Below, one piece after another: positions 7,955 to 14,661 of a stretch of DNA of 27,608 nt (within the stretch, counting starts at the first letter, position 1; each line of letters starts with the position of its first letter). Source of the stretch: a virus (taxonomy: Duplodnaviria > Caudoviricetes). The notes under the pieces are model-generated. The model searched no databases. It saw only the letters and a list, made by a program, of their open reading frames with translations, and was not told the DNA's origin. The DNA is taken from positions 1-27,608 of the IMG/VR virus record IMGVR_UViG_3300010376_000110, one strand, 5' to 3'. The translations under genes and the position numbers were made by a program.

Positions 7955-8310
7955 TGGCGACGGCGCCCGCGCGTCCGTGTCCGTATCCGCGGTGCGGTCG
8001 TCTCGTGCTAGGCGGTGGTCTGTGTCAGCGCCACCGCCACGCACGCGAGCGCGAACGCCCGACCGCCGCGGCTCGAGGTTACGACCATCAGTGGGCGGCC
8101 AAGTCGCGCGCCTGGCTGCAGCGCTTTCCGTGGTGCGGGCAGCGCGCCGACGGGCAGCTGCACGCAGAGCATAGTCGCTGCGTCCAACGCGGGACGCGCA
8201 CACGCGCGCAGTGCGTCGATCACATCCGGTCGATCCGCGACGGCGGCGCGCGCCTCAACCCGTCGAATCTGCAATCGCTCTGCGTCCGCTGCAACACGGC
8301 GAAGGGCTGA
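7954..8310 (+). CDS. Phage packaging-associated HNH endonuclease (HK97 gp74-like)
   Basis: RPCPYPRC...LC..H, RPTAAARGYD..W, VDHI....GG.....NLQSLC..C. Confidence 0.9.
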   Translation: MATAPARPCPYPRCGRLVLGGGLCQRHRHARERERPTAAARGYDHQWAAKSRAWLQRFPWCGQRADGQLHAEHSRCVQRGTRTRAQCVDHIRSIRDGGARLNPSNLQSLCVRCNTAKG

Positions 8311-8325
8311 CGTGTGAAACCGGCC

Positions 8326-8410
8326 GGGGGGTCTGCAATCGCTGGCGGGCAAGCCGAGGGAAACCGCCCTGCAGTCCCGCTCATGCGACCGCGAAATTAC
8401 GTGGGGGGGT
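8326..8410. other. Putative cos (cohesive-end / packaging) region
   Basis: Directly after the HNH gene: G6-TCTGCAATC...AAACCGCCCTGCAG...CCGCGAAATT...G7-T, a layout I associate with cos regions of HNH-dependent phages; cut site cannot be fixed from sequence alone. Confidence 0.55.
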
Positions 8411-8459
8411 ATCCGTCAGCCGTCCGCCGACTGTCACATAACGCTACAGACGTCGGGAG

Positions 8460-8556
8460 GGCCGCTGGACGGCGCCAGGAGCGGCGATCGGCCGGTCGGA
8501 CGGGTCTCCAGTCGTCTGAGCGGCCGACATCGCGTCCTGGAGCCGTTCCAGCCGCC
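8460..8556. repeat. Long imperfect inverted repeat (about 45-nt arms) between the cos-like site and the ParB-like gene
   Basis: Left arm GGCCGCTGGACGGCGCCAGGAGCGGCGATCGGCCGGTCGGACG aligns in blocks with the reverse complement of CGTCTGAGCGGCCGACATCGCGTCCTGGAGCCGTTCCAGCCGCC. Confidence 0.65.
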
Positions 8557-8580
8557 GCCCGGCTATCCTACGGAGGCTTT

Positions 8581-9321
8581 ATGGCAGCTAAAGCGACTTC
8601 AGCCGGCCGCAAGCGGCGCCCGAACGGGACCGCGGACGGCTCGACCGTTCCGATCGGGCAGCTGACCGCGGACCCGACCAACCCGCGGCGCCGCACGCCG
8701 CGCGGTCGCGAGCTGCTCGTGCGCTCGCTGAAGGATTACGGCCCGGCGCGCTCGATCGTTGTCGACGAGCGCGGACGCATCATTGCCGGTAACGGCGTGG
8801 CGGAAGCGGCGAAGGAAGCCGGCATCGCGAACGTCCGCATCATCGACGCCGCGGCCGACGAACTGATCGCGGTGCGGCGCCGCGGCCTGACCGACGTCGA
8901 AAAGCGCGGCCTGGCGATCGCCGACAACCGCACCGGCGAGCTGGCCGAATGGGATCCCGAACACGTCATCGGCGCGCGCGAGGCCGGCGTCGACCTGCGG
9001 CCGTTCTGGACACCGGAAGAGGAAGCGGAGCTGGCGTCGAAAGCGGCCGCGGCGACGGTGATGCGGATCGCCGAAACCGAAACCGCCGGCGAGCCGGACA
9101 CGGCGCAGTCGCCCGATGACGTGCAGACGTTCTCGTGCGGGCTGACCGTCGAGCAAGAACGGATCGTGCGCGCGGCGCTGCGCGCGGCTCGCGCCTTCTA
9201 TGGCGTTGAGACGACGGCGAACGCGCTCACGTCCGCGCTGAAGGAGTGGACCGACAACCACGCGCAGCCGGCCGAGACACCGAGCCGGCGCCGGCGCCAG
9301 CGTCAGCAGGCCTCGGCGTGA
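8581..9321 (+). CDS. ParB-like N-terminal domain protein (246 aa)
   Basis: GGAGG RBS before ATG 8581; DP.NPR...LVRSL.DYG..RSIVVD....IIAGNG..EAA...G...LAIADNR..ELAEWD; no methyltransferase domain follows. Confidence 0.85.
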   Translation: MAAKATSAGRKRRPNGTADGSTVPIGQLTADPTNPRRRTPRGRELLVRSLKDYGPARSIVVDERGRIIAGNGVAEAAKEAGIANVRIIDAAADELIAVRRRGLTDVEKRGLAIADNRTGELAEWDPEHVIGAREAGVDLRPFWTPEEEAELASKAAAATVMRIAETETAGEPDTAQSPDDVQTFSCGLTVEQERIVRAALRAARAFYGVETTANALTSALKEWTDNHAQPAETPSRRRRQRQQASA

Positions 9322-10493
9322 CGCGCCGCGCGTCGCGCTTTCGGCTGCGCAAGAAAGTTCACGTCGAGCGCAGCTGCTATGAGCTCACCCTCGAGCGGCT
9401 CGCGTGGGTGTTCGATCGCTTCGATCACGTCACCGTCGCCTTCAGCGGCGGAAAAGATTCCACCGTCTGTCTGAACCTTACGCTGGAGATGGCGCGCGAA
9501 AAAAAGCGCCTGCCGCTCGACGTCTACTCGTTCGATGAGGAAGCGATCCCGCCCGAGACGGTCGAATACATGGCGCGCGTGGCGCAGCGGCGCGAGGTCG
9601 CCTTCCGCTGGTACTGCGTCCCGATTCAGCATCGCAACGCGTGCTCGACGCGCGAGCCGTACTGGTATCCGTGGGAACCCGAAGCGCGCGATCGCTGGGT
9701 GCGCGAGCTCCCGCCGCTCGCGATCACCGAGTACGACGGCTTGGTCCGTAAAGGGATCGCGGAGCAGATGCGCGCGCTGTTTCCGTCGTCGGTCGGCACC
9801 GTCGCGAACATCATGGGCATCCGGACGCAGGAAAGCCTCTCGCGCTACGGCGCGATCGCGTCGAAGGAAGGCTTTCAGGCGTTCGTGAATCCGGCCGCGA
9901 TCAAGTGGGGCAAGAACATCTATCCGATTTACGACTGGATGACGGAAGACGTCTGGATCGCGCCGCAGCGCTTCGGGTGGGACTACAACCGCGCGTACGA
10001 CGTGATGGACGCCGCCGGCGTCACGCGACACGAGCAGCGCTGCGCGCCACCGTTCGGCGAGCAGCCGATCCGCCGGCTGCACACGTACAAGACCTGCTGG
10101 CCGCAGCTCTGGGCGAAGATGGTCGACCGCGTGCCGGGCGCCGCGACCGCCGCGCGCTACGCCAACACCGAGCTATACGGCGTCAGTGTCGAGGCCGACG
10201 ATCTGCCAGTCGGCATGACGTGGCGGCAGTGGACGCTCGCGGCCCTCGAGCAGCTCCCGCCGGCCAACCGCCAGGAAGCCGCCGCCGCGATCCGGGTCGC
10301 GATCAGCATTCACAACCGCCGCGCGCCAGGCGCGCCGATTCCCGATGCGGAGCCGCATCCGATCAGTGGCTTCAGTTGGAAGCTGCTGTACATCCCCGCG
10401 AAGATCGGAGGCAACAAGTTTGGCCGCGTCCAACAGAAGATCACCAACAAAGCCATCCAAGAGCGCAAGCGCCGCGGCATCCCGCAGCGATAG
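9318..10493 (+). CDS. PAPS-reductase-family PP-loop protein, IbrA/YbdN (DUF3440)-like (391 aa)
   Basis: VAFSGGKDSTV PP-loop; DEE, WYCVP...RNACS, GIR.QES..R, YPIYDW...DVW, DYN.AYD, QRCAPPFG, W..M..RVPG; GTGA-coupled start at 9318. Confidence 0.9.
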   Translation: MTRRASRFRLRKKVHVERSCYELTLERLAWVFDRFDHVTVAFSGGKDSTVCLNLTLEMAREKKRLPLDVYSFDEEAIPPETVEYMARVAQRREVAFRWYCVPIQHRNACSTREPYWYPWEPEARDRWVRELPPLAITEYDGLVRKGIAEQMRALFPSSVGTVANIMGIRTQESLSRYGAIASKEGFQAFVNPAAIKWGKNIYPIYDWMTEDVWIAPQRFGWDYNRAYDVMDAAGVTRHEQRCAPPFGEQPIRRLHTYKTCWPQLWAKMVDRVPGAATAARYANTELYGVSVEADDLPVGMTWRQWTLAALEQLPPANRQEAAAAIRVAISIHNRRAPGAPIPDAEPHPISGFSWKLLYIPAKIGGNKFGRVQQKITNKAIQERKRRGIPQR

Positions 10494-11022
10494 GCCTGAT
10501 ACCGCTGATACGGATCGCCAGCCGGTCAGCCTGGTCGAGTGGGTGCCGGCCGCGGCGTTGACGGCGAACGACTACAACCCGAACGTGCAGCCGCCGCCGG
10601 AATTCCGGCTGCTCAAGATCAGCATCCTCGAGGATGGCTGGACGCAGCCGATCGTCGTGTTCGATGACGGCTCGGGCGCGCTCGTCATCGTCGACGGCGA
10701 GCATCGCTGGCGCGTGGCGCGCGAGGACCGCGACGTCGCCGCGCTGACCGCGGGCCTCGTGCCGATCGTCCGCATCAAGAAGGATCGCAGCCACCGGATG
10801 ATGTCGACCATTCGACACAACCGCGCGCGCGGCGAACACACCGTCAAGCAGATGGCCGAGATCGTCCGCGAGCTGCTCGAGGCCGGCCAGTCCGTCGAGG
10901 ACGTGTGCTTTCTGATGCAGATGGAGCCGGAGGAAGTCGACCGCCTGGCGGACCGCGCCGGCATGCCGGATCGCGTGGCGAAAGACACGGCGGCGTTTTC
11001 GAAAGGATGGGTACCGGGATGA
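10420..11022 (+). CDS. ParB/sulfiredoxin-fold protein, IbrB/YbdM-like (200 aa)
   Basis: QPV..VEWV.....ANDYNPN....PE..LL..SI.EDGWTQPIV, IVDG.HR, RM.STIRHNRARG.H, C-terminal FSK.W; likely start TTG 10420 with GGAGG 8 nt upstream. Confidence 0.9.
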   Translation: MAASNRRSPTKPSKSASAAASRSDRPDTADTDRQPVSLVEWVPAAALTANDYNPNVQPPPEFRLLKISILEDGWTQPIVVFDDGSGALVIVDGEHRWRVAREDRDVAALTAGLVPIVRIKKDRSHRMMSTIRHNRARGEHTVKQMAEIVRELLEAGQSVEDVCFLMQMEPEEVDRLADRAGMPDRVAKDTAAFSKGWVPG

Positions 11023-11720
11023 CCGAATTTCAAGCGTGGGTACTCGACGGCGATCGGCTGTGCGTCGACATCGCGGAGACGCCGGTCGGCGCCGTCCGGC
11101 TGCGCAGCTGGGCGTACACCGCCACGCGCGTGCCGGAGTATGGCAGCGCGGTCCTGCTGCCGACGTCACTGGCGATCGTCGTCTGGTCCGGCGTCGAGCT
11201 GTCGCTAGGCGTGGGCTGCTATGCGGTCGTGCCGGGCGGCGCGCGGATCTTCGGCGGCGCCGGCCTGATCATTCACACGCCCGAGTACCGCGGCCTCGCG
11301 CAAGCCGGCGGACCCGCGGAAGGCGACGGCCGGTTGAACTACATCGACGGCTGCAGCGATACGCTGCTGGTCTGTCCCGCGCGGCTCGGCGAGCCGTGTC
11401 TCAACTTGCTGCATCTGCCGGCGGGGATCGATCAGACGGCGCATACGCATCCGTCCGATCGGATCGGGATCATTCTCCGCGGCGCCGGTGTCTGCCGGAC
11501 GGAGCAGGGCGATCGGCCGCTCGTGCCGGGGATGTTCTGGCGGATTCCGCCCGACGTCGTGCACAGCTTCCACACGCGCGAGTCGTTCCTCGACGTGTTC
11601 GCCTGGCATCCGGATAGCGACTTCGGGCCGTCGCATGATGCGCACCCGATGTTGAACCGCACGATCGTGGAAGGCGTGGCGGCGTCCGACCCGCGGCGTG
11701 CCGCAATCCGCACGCGATGA
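11019..11720 (+). CDS. Cupin-domain protein (233 aa)
   Basis: ATGA coupling; GRLNYIDGCSDTLL...GEPCLN; cupin motif 1 G.DQTAHTHPS.RIG.I.RG and motif 2 G.FW.IP....HSF. Confidence 0.85.
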   Translation: MTEFQAWVLDGDRLCVDIAETPVGAVRLRSWAYTATRVPEYGSAVLLPTSLAIVVWSGVELSLGVGCYAVVPGGARIFGGAGLIIHTPEYRGLAQAGGPAEGDGRLNYIDGCSDTLLVCPARLGEPCLNLLHLPAGIDQTAHTHPSDRIGIILRGAGVCRTEQGDRPLVPGMFWRIPPDVVHSFHTRESFLDVFAWHPDSDFGPSHDAHPMLNRTIVEGVAASDPRRAAIRTR

Positions 11721-11727
11721 CCGGCAA

Positions 11728-11753
11728 TAAAAAGGCCGGCGCGATGCCGGCCT
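11728..11753 (-). terminator. Rho-independent terminator of the leftward operon (may also act on the converging operon)
   Basis: Minus strand reads AGGCCGGC-ATCGC-GCCGGCCT followed by TTTTATT; lies between converging genes. Confidence 0.8.
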
Positions 11754-11778
11754 GCGGACAGTCGGAATGATCAGCGCG

Positions 11779-12252
11779 TCAGCGTTCGCCTGTGCGCGTG
11801 CGGTAGGTGCCGCAGGCGACGGTCAGCCGTTCGGAGCCGATGCGCGCGGCGTCGGGATCGCCCTGCGTATAGGCGGCGAGCAGCAAGCGGAGGTTCGACG
11901 CAACGCCGGGCGCGATCGCGGGATCGGCGCGCTGTCCATCGCGGTACATCCGCTGCAGCTCCGCGCGCGCCTCGGCGCTGGTCAGGATCTGGCGGGCGAC
12001 GTCGCGCGCCAGCACGTCGAAGTCGCGACAGACCGCGGTCGCAAACGGATCAGTGCGCGGCTGTTCCTTCGGCACGGCCGGCGGGGCTGGCGTCGTCGTG
12101 ACAACGGGCGTTGGTGCGACGACGGGCGCCGGCTTCGTGAACGAGGGCGTCAGGACGTCGACACCCACGAAGCGTTGCACCGTGGCCGCAGCGACGAGTA
12201 CGCCGCCGACGAGCAGCGCGGTACGAAGTGGGGAATGTGCTTTCTCTGACAT
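11779..12252 (-). CDS. Membrane-anchored or exported hypothetical protein (157 aa)
   Basis: AGGAG RBS before ATG 12252; N-terminal hydrophobic helix ALLVGGVLVAAATV, Pro/Thr linker, helical domain bracketed by two Cys. Confidence 0.7.
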   Translation of the reverse strand: MSEKAHSPLRTALLVGGVLVAAATVQRFVGVDVLTPSFTKPAPVVAPTPVVTTTPAPPAVPKEQPRTDPFATAVCRDFDVLARDVARQILTSAEARAELQRMYRDGQRADPAIAPGVASNLRLLLAAYTQGDPDAARIGSERLTVACGTYRTRTGER

Positions 12253-12263
12253 GGGTAAAACTC

Positions 12264-12623
12264 CTACGTGATCGCGGCGACGGCGCGGCGCACGCGCGCC
12301 AGCAGCCGGGAGCGCCGCAGCTGCGGCACATCCTCGAGAACGGCCAGGACGTCGGCGAGCAACTCCGGATCGGGATCCGTCGTCGGCCGCTCCTCCGCGG
12401 TGTGATGCTGCCAGCGCCAGCCGTGCGCGCCGCAGTGGTCCGGCGAGTCGAGCCGGCGATCGACGTGCCCGCCGATCACCGGTTCTCTGCAGTAGATACA
12501 CACGCGCCGTGGACGGCCAGCGCGCTGCGCGTTCTTCGCACGCGCCGCGTTCTGCGCCTCGGTGTTGGCGGTCCCACCGAGGCGTCCGAGTTGCTGCGCG
12601 GCGCGATTCTTAGTCGGTTTCAT
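12264..12623 (-). CDS. Small basic protein with AA..LGRLGG...A..AAR..N...GRP motif and C/H cluster (119 aa)
   Basis: Motif I recognise as recurrent in small phage proteins; CIYC...H...HC...H. Confidence 0.7.
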   Translation of the reverse strand: MKPTKNRAAQQLGRLGGTANTEAQNAARAKNAQRAGRPRRVCIYCREPVIGGHVDRRLDSPDHCGAHGWRWQHHTAEERPTTDPDPELLADVLAVLEDVPQLRRSRLLARVRRAVAAIT

Positions 12624-12652
12624 GGGAGTATCGGAGCGCTGCGGAAATGATA

Positions 12653-13003
12653 TCAGTAGTCCGAGGCCAGCATGATCGTCAGCACGCGATAGGACTGCGC
12701 CGGATCGGATGCGTCCTCCGATCCGAATTCCATCGCGTCGTCGGCGTAGTAGTCGATCTTGAAGATGATCGGCTCGTCGACGCCATCGACGGCGAAGCGG
12801 CCGAAGTCATGTTCGCGATGCGGATCGTTGTCCGGCGTAAAGCGGTCGAACGCGCGCACGGCTCGCAGGATCGCGAGCTGCTGATCGCCCGGCAGCGCGG
12901 CTACGGCGCGCGTCATCATCGTGCGGCCCGGAATGCCGGTCTGCAGTCCGAGCCGCAGGCGGAAGGCGTCGTTGAGCGCCGCGATCGTGCGGTCAGCGCT
13001 CAC
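12653..13003 (-). CDS. DUF3768-like protein (116 aa)
   Basis: IAALNDAFR...T.AV..L....L.AV..FD.F..DNDPH.EHDFG......IIFKIDYY......SED..DP....RVLTIMLASDY; GTGA-coupled start at 13003. Confidence 0.9.
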   Translation of the reverse strand: MSADRTIAALNDAFRLRLGLQTGIPGRTMMTRAVAALPGDQQLAILRAVRAFDRFTPDNDPHREHDFGRFAVDGVDEPIIFKIDYYADDAMEFGSEDASDPAQSYRVLTIMLASDY

Positions 13004-13206
13004 CGCGGCCCCCACGGCAGCTCCAGCACGAATTCGCAGCCGGAGCAGAAGGCGACCAGCACGCGGCGGGTCGTCGGCTCCACGAACGGCACGCCGCCAG
13101 GGTTGGCCCGCCAGACGTCGGCCGACGTCTCGGCGGCGTCGACGGTCAGCGTGGCGCCGCACTCCGGGCAGACCAGCGCGGCGGCGCAGCGGTCAGCGGC
13201 TCGCAT
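13000..13206 (-). CDS. Small zinc-ribbon protein (68 aa)
   Basis: CPECG...FCSGCEF; overlaps both neighbours. Confidence 0.65.
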   Translation of the reverse strand: MRAADRCAAALVCPECGATLTVDAAETSADVWRANPGGVPFVEPTTRRVLVAFCSGCEFVLELPWGPR

Positions 13207-13585
13207 CGTCGTCCCCCTTCGGCTCAGGAGCGGCGATCCGCTGGCCGGGATAGTCCTCGGCGAGCGGCGCCGGCTCCTCCGCTCCAGAGCCGTCCTGCGC
13301 CGCCAGACAGTCGGTGCAGCTGCAGTGCGGATCGTCGGCGGCGTGGGCTTCCTGCGCGAGCGGCGCCGCGTCTTTCAACCGCACGATCGCGGCTTCGATG
13401 TTCACGCCGGCTTCAAAGAGCCGGCGCCCGCGGAGGTCGTCGTCGGCGGCAGCCGCCAGGCGGATGCGGCGCGCGGCAGCCTCGAGCATCCGCGCGGCGT
13501 CGAACCAGTGCGGCTTGTCGGTGTCGCCGGCCGCGCTCGCGCGCTGACCGGCGTTTTCAAAGGTCGAGAATTTTCCGTCGTTCAT
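13193..13585 (-). CDS. Hypothetical protein (130 aa)
   Basis: CAGGAGA RBS; helical core; HCSCTDC motif. Confidence 0.7.
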   Translation of the reverse strand: MNDGKFSTFENAGQRASAAGDTDKPHWFDAARMLEAAARRIRLAAAADDDLRGRRLFEAGVNIEAAIVRLKDAAPLAQEAHAADDPHCSCTDCLAAQDGSGAEEPAPLAEDYPGQRIAAPEPKGDDDASR

Positions 13586-13615
13586 CGTCGTATCTCCTGT
13601 GAAAACGAGCGCGGA

Positions 13616-14350
13616 CTAGGCCCGCGCTCCCTTGGTCGCTTCCTTCGCTTCCTTGACGCGAGCGGCGCAGGCCGCAGCCGTGCGGCAATCGCCACCGTGA
13701 GAGTTCTTCCGGCCGCACTTCGCGCAGAGGCCGTCCATCGGGGCAGCGTGCGCGGTTTTCGCGGCTGGCTTCGCGGCGCCGGCTTTCTTCGCGGCCGGCT
13801 TCGCCGCGGCTTCCTTGGCGGCTTGCTGTGCCGCCCAGTCAACGCCGCGGATCTTGGTCGACTTCGCGGCGCGCGTCTTGGTGCCCGTCGGTTGCGCGAG
13901 CTGCAGCGGCGCCGCCTTCTTGACTTGACCGATCGGCGGCTTCCGTGCCGCGGCCAGCTCCGTCTGCGTCAGCGTGCGGCCAGCGGCGACTTCCTCCGGC
14001 TGGACGTCGCGTCCGTTCGGCGTGTCGAGGCCGTGCTTCTTGGCGTACGCCGCCGCGCTCGCGATGTCGCGCTGCGCCCGCTCCTCGGCTTTCCGCTGCT
14101 GCGCGGCCTTCGACTTGCTGACCGGCTTCGCGTCCGTAGCGACCGCGGGCGCCGGCTTCGCGGGTGCGAGCAGCTCGCGGGCGTCCTCGCGATGCTTCGC
14201 GCAGAGACCCAGCGCGCCGATCGGCGGCTCGTTGCAGTCCGTCACGCGGCACGCCGCTTGGCCGTACTTCGTTGTCTTTGCAGCCGGCGCCGGGTTCGGC
14301 GCCGGAGCTGCAGCCCGCTTCGTCGTGGTGGTGGTCGTCGTTTTCTTCAT
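13616..14350 (-). CDS. Lys/Ala-rich histone-H1-like protein with two Cys/His clusters (244 aa)
   Basis: GGAGA RBS; MKKTTTTTTTK start; AAK/PAAK repeats; CRVTDC...LCAKH and LCAKCGRKNSHGGDCRTAAAC. Confidence 0.8.
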   Translation of the reverse strand: MKKTTTTTTTKRAAAPAPNPAPAAKTTKYGQAACRVTDCNEPPIGALGLCAKHREDARELLAPAKPAPAVATDAKPVSKSKAAQQRKAEERAQRDIASAAAYAKKHGLDTPNGRDVQPEEVAAGRTLTQTELAAARKPPIGQVKKAAPLQLAQPTGTKTRAAKSTKIRGVDWAAQQAAKEAAAKPAAKKAGAAKPAAKTAHAAPMDGLCAKCGRKNSHGGDCRTAAACAARVKEAKEATKGARA

Positions 14351-14371
14351 CGTCGTTCTCCAGTAACTGAG

Positions 14372-14545
14372 TTACGCGCGGGCCGCACGGCGCGCGTGGC
14401 GCCGGCGGCTCTTGCAGGCCGCGAGATTGCGGCAGTCTTTCCCGTGGGTGTTCTGACGTCCGCAGCGCGAGCAGCGCGGCGCCGTCGTCGCCTTGCGCGG
14501 CGTGTGGGTCTTGGTCGTCGTCGTCGTCGTCTTGTTCGTTCGCAT
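14372..14545 (-). CDS. 57-aa basic zinc-finger protein, partial paralogue of the downstream gene (absent from ORF track)
   Basis: Manual translation MRTNKTTTTTTKTHTPRKATTAPRCSRCGRQNTHGKDCRNLAACKSRRRHARRAARA; GGAGA RBS. Confidence 0.8.
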   Translation of the reverse strand: MRTNKTTTTTTKTHTPRKATTAPRCSRCGRQNTHGKDCRNLAACKSRRRHARRAARA

Positions 14546-14604
14546 CGCTATCTCCGTTTCGGTGAAGCAGTTAACGTGTTTCCGAATACCTAGTATGTAA
14601 CAGG

Positions 14605-14633
14605 GCGCTCCGATATTCCACAGGTATCGGAGC
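14605..14633. promoter_or_regulatory. Operator-like inverted repeat GCTCCGATA-N9-TATCGGAGC in the divergent promoter region
   Basis: Arms 14607-14615 and 14625-14633; same half-site at 12628-12639; adjacent A/T-rich tract with CATACT on the minus strand. Confidence 0.55.
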
Positions 14634-14661
14634 CGGCCGTAAACCCGGTGGGTGCCACACG

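Noticed and set aside
8314-8580. 89-codon N-terminal extension of the ParB-like ORF given by the ORF track
   Set aside because: Runs through the cos-like motif and the long hairpin; ATG 8581 has a GGAGG RBS and is the better start
9318-10493. Reading the PP-loop gene as a cysH-type auxiliary metabolic gene for sulfate assimilation
   Set aside because: Length, motifs and pairing with an IbrB-like gene fit the IbrA/DUF3440 subfamily; no C-terminal ECGLH motif of true CysH
8581-11022. Reading the two ParB-like genes as a plasmid-prophage partition system
   Set aside because: No ParA or other partition ATPase in the window; both resemble the stand-alone ParB/Srx-type domains found with modification enzymes
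13582-13842. 86-aa Arg/Pro-rich minus-strand ORF
   Set aside because: Alternate frame inside the 244-aa Lys/Ala-rich gene; composition is what a frame-shifted AAK repeat gives; no RBS seen
14513-14531. (GTC)n microsatellite as a phase-variation tract
   Set aside because: Trinucleotide unit keeps the frame and simply encodes the poly-Thr run
12647-14593. 648-aa plus-strand ORF spanning most of the leftward operon
   Set aside because: Four of the five minus-strand genes it covers share its codon register, and in high-GC DNA the in-register antisense frame rarely has stops; product is Arg/Gly-rich with no motifs, while the minus-strand genes have RBSs and a recognisable DUF3768
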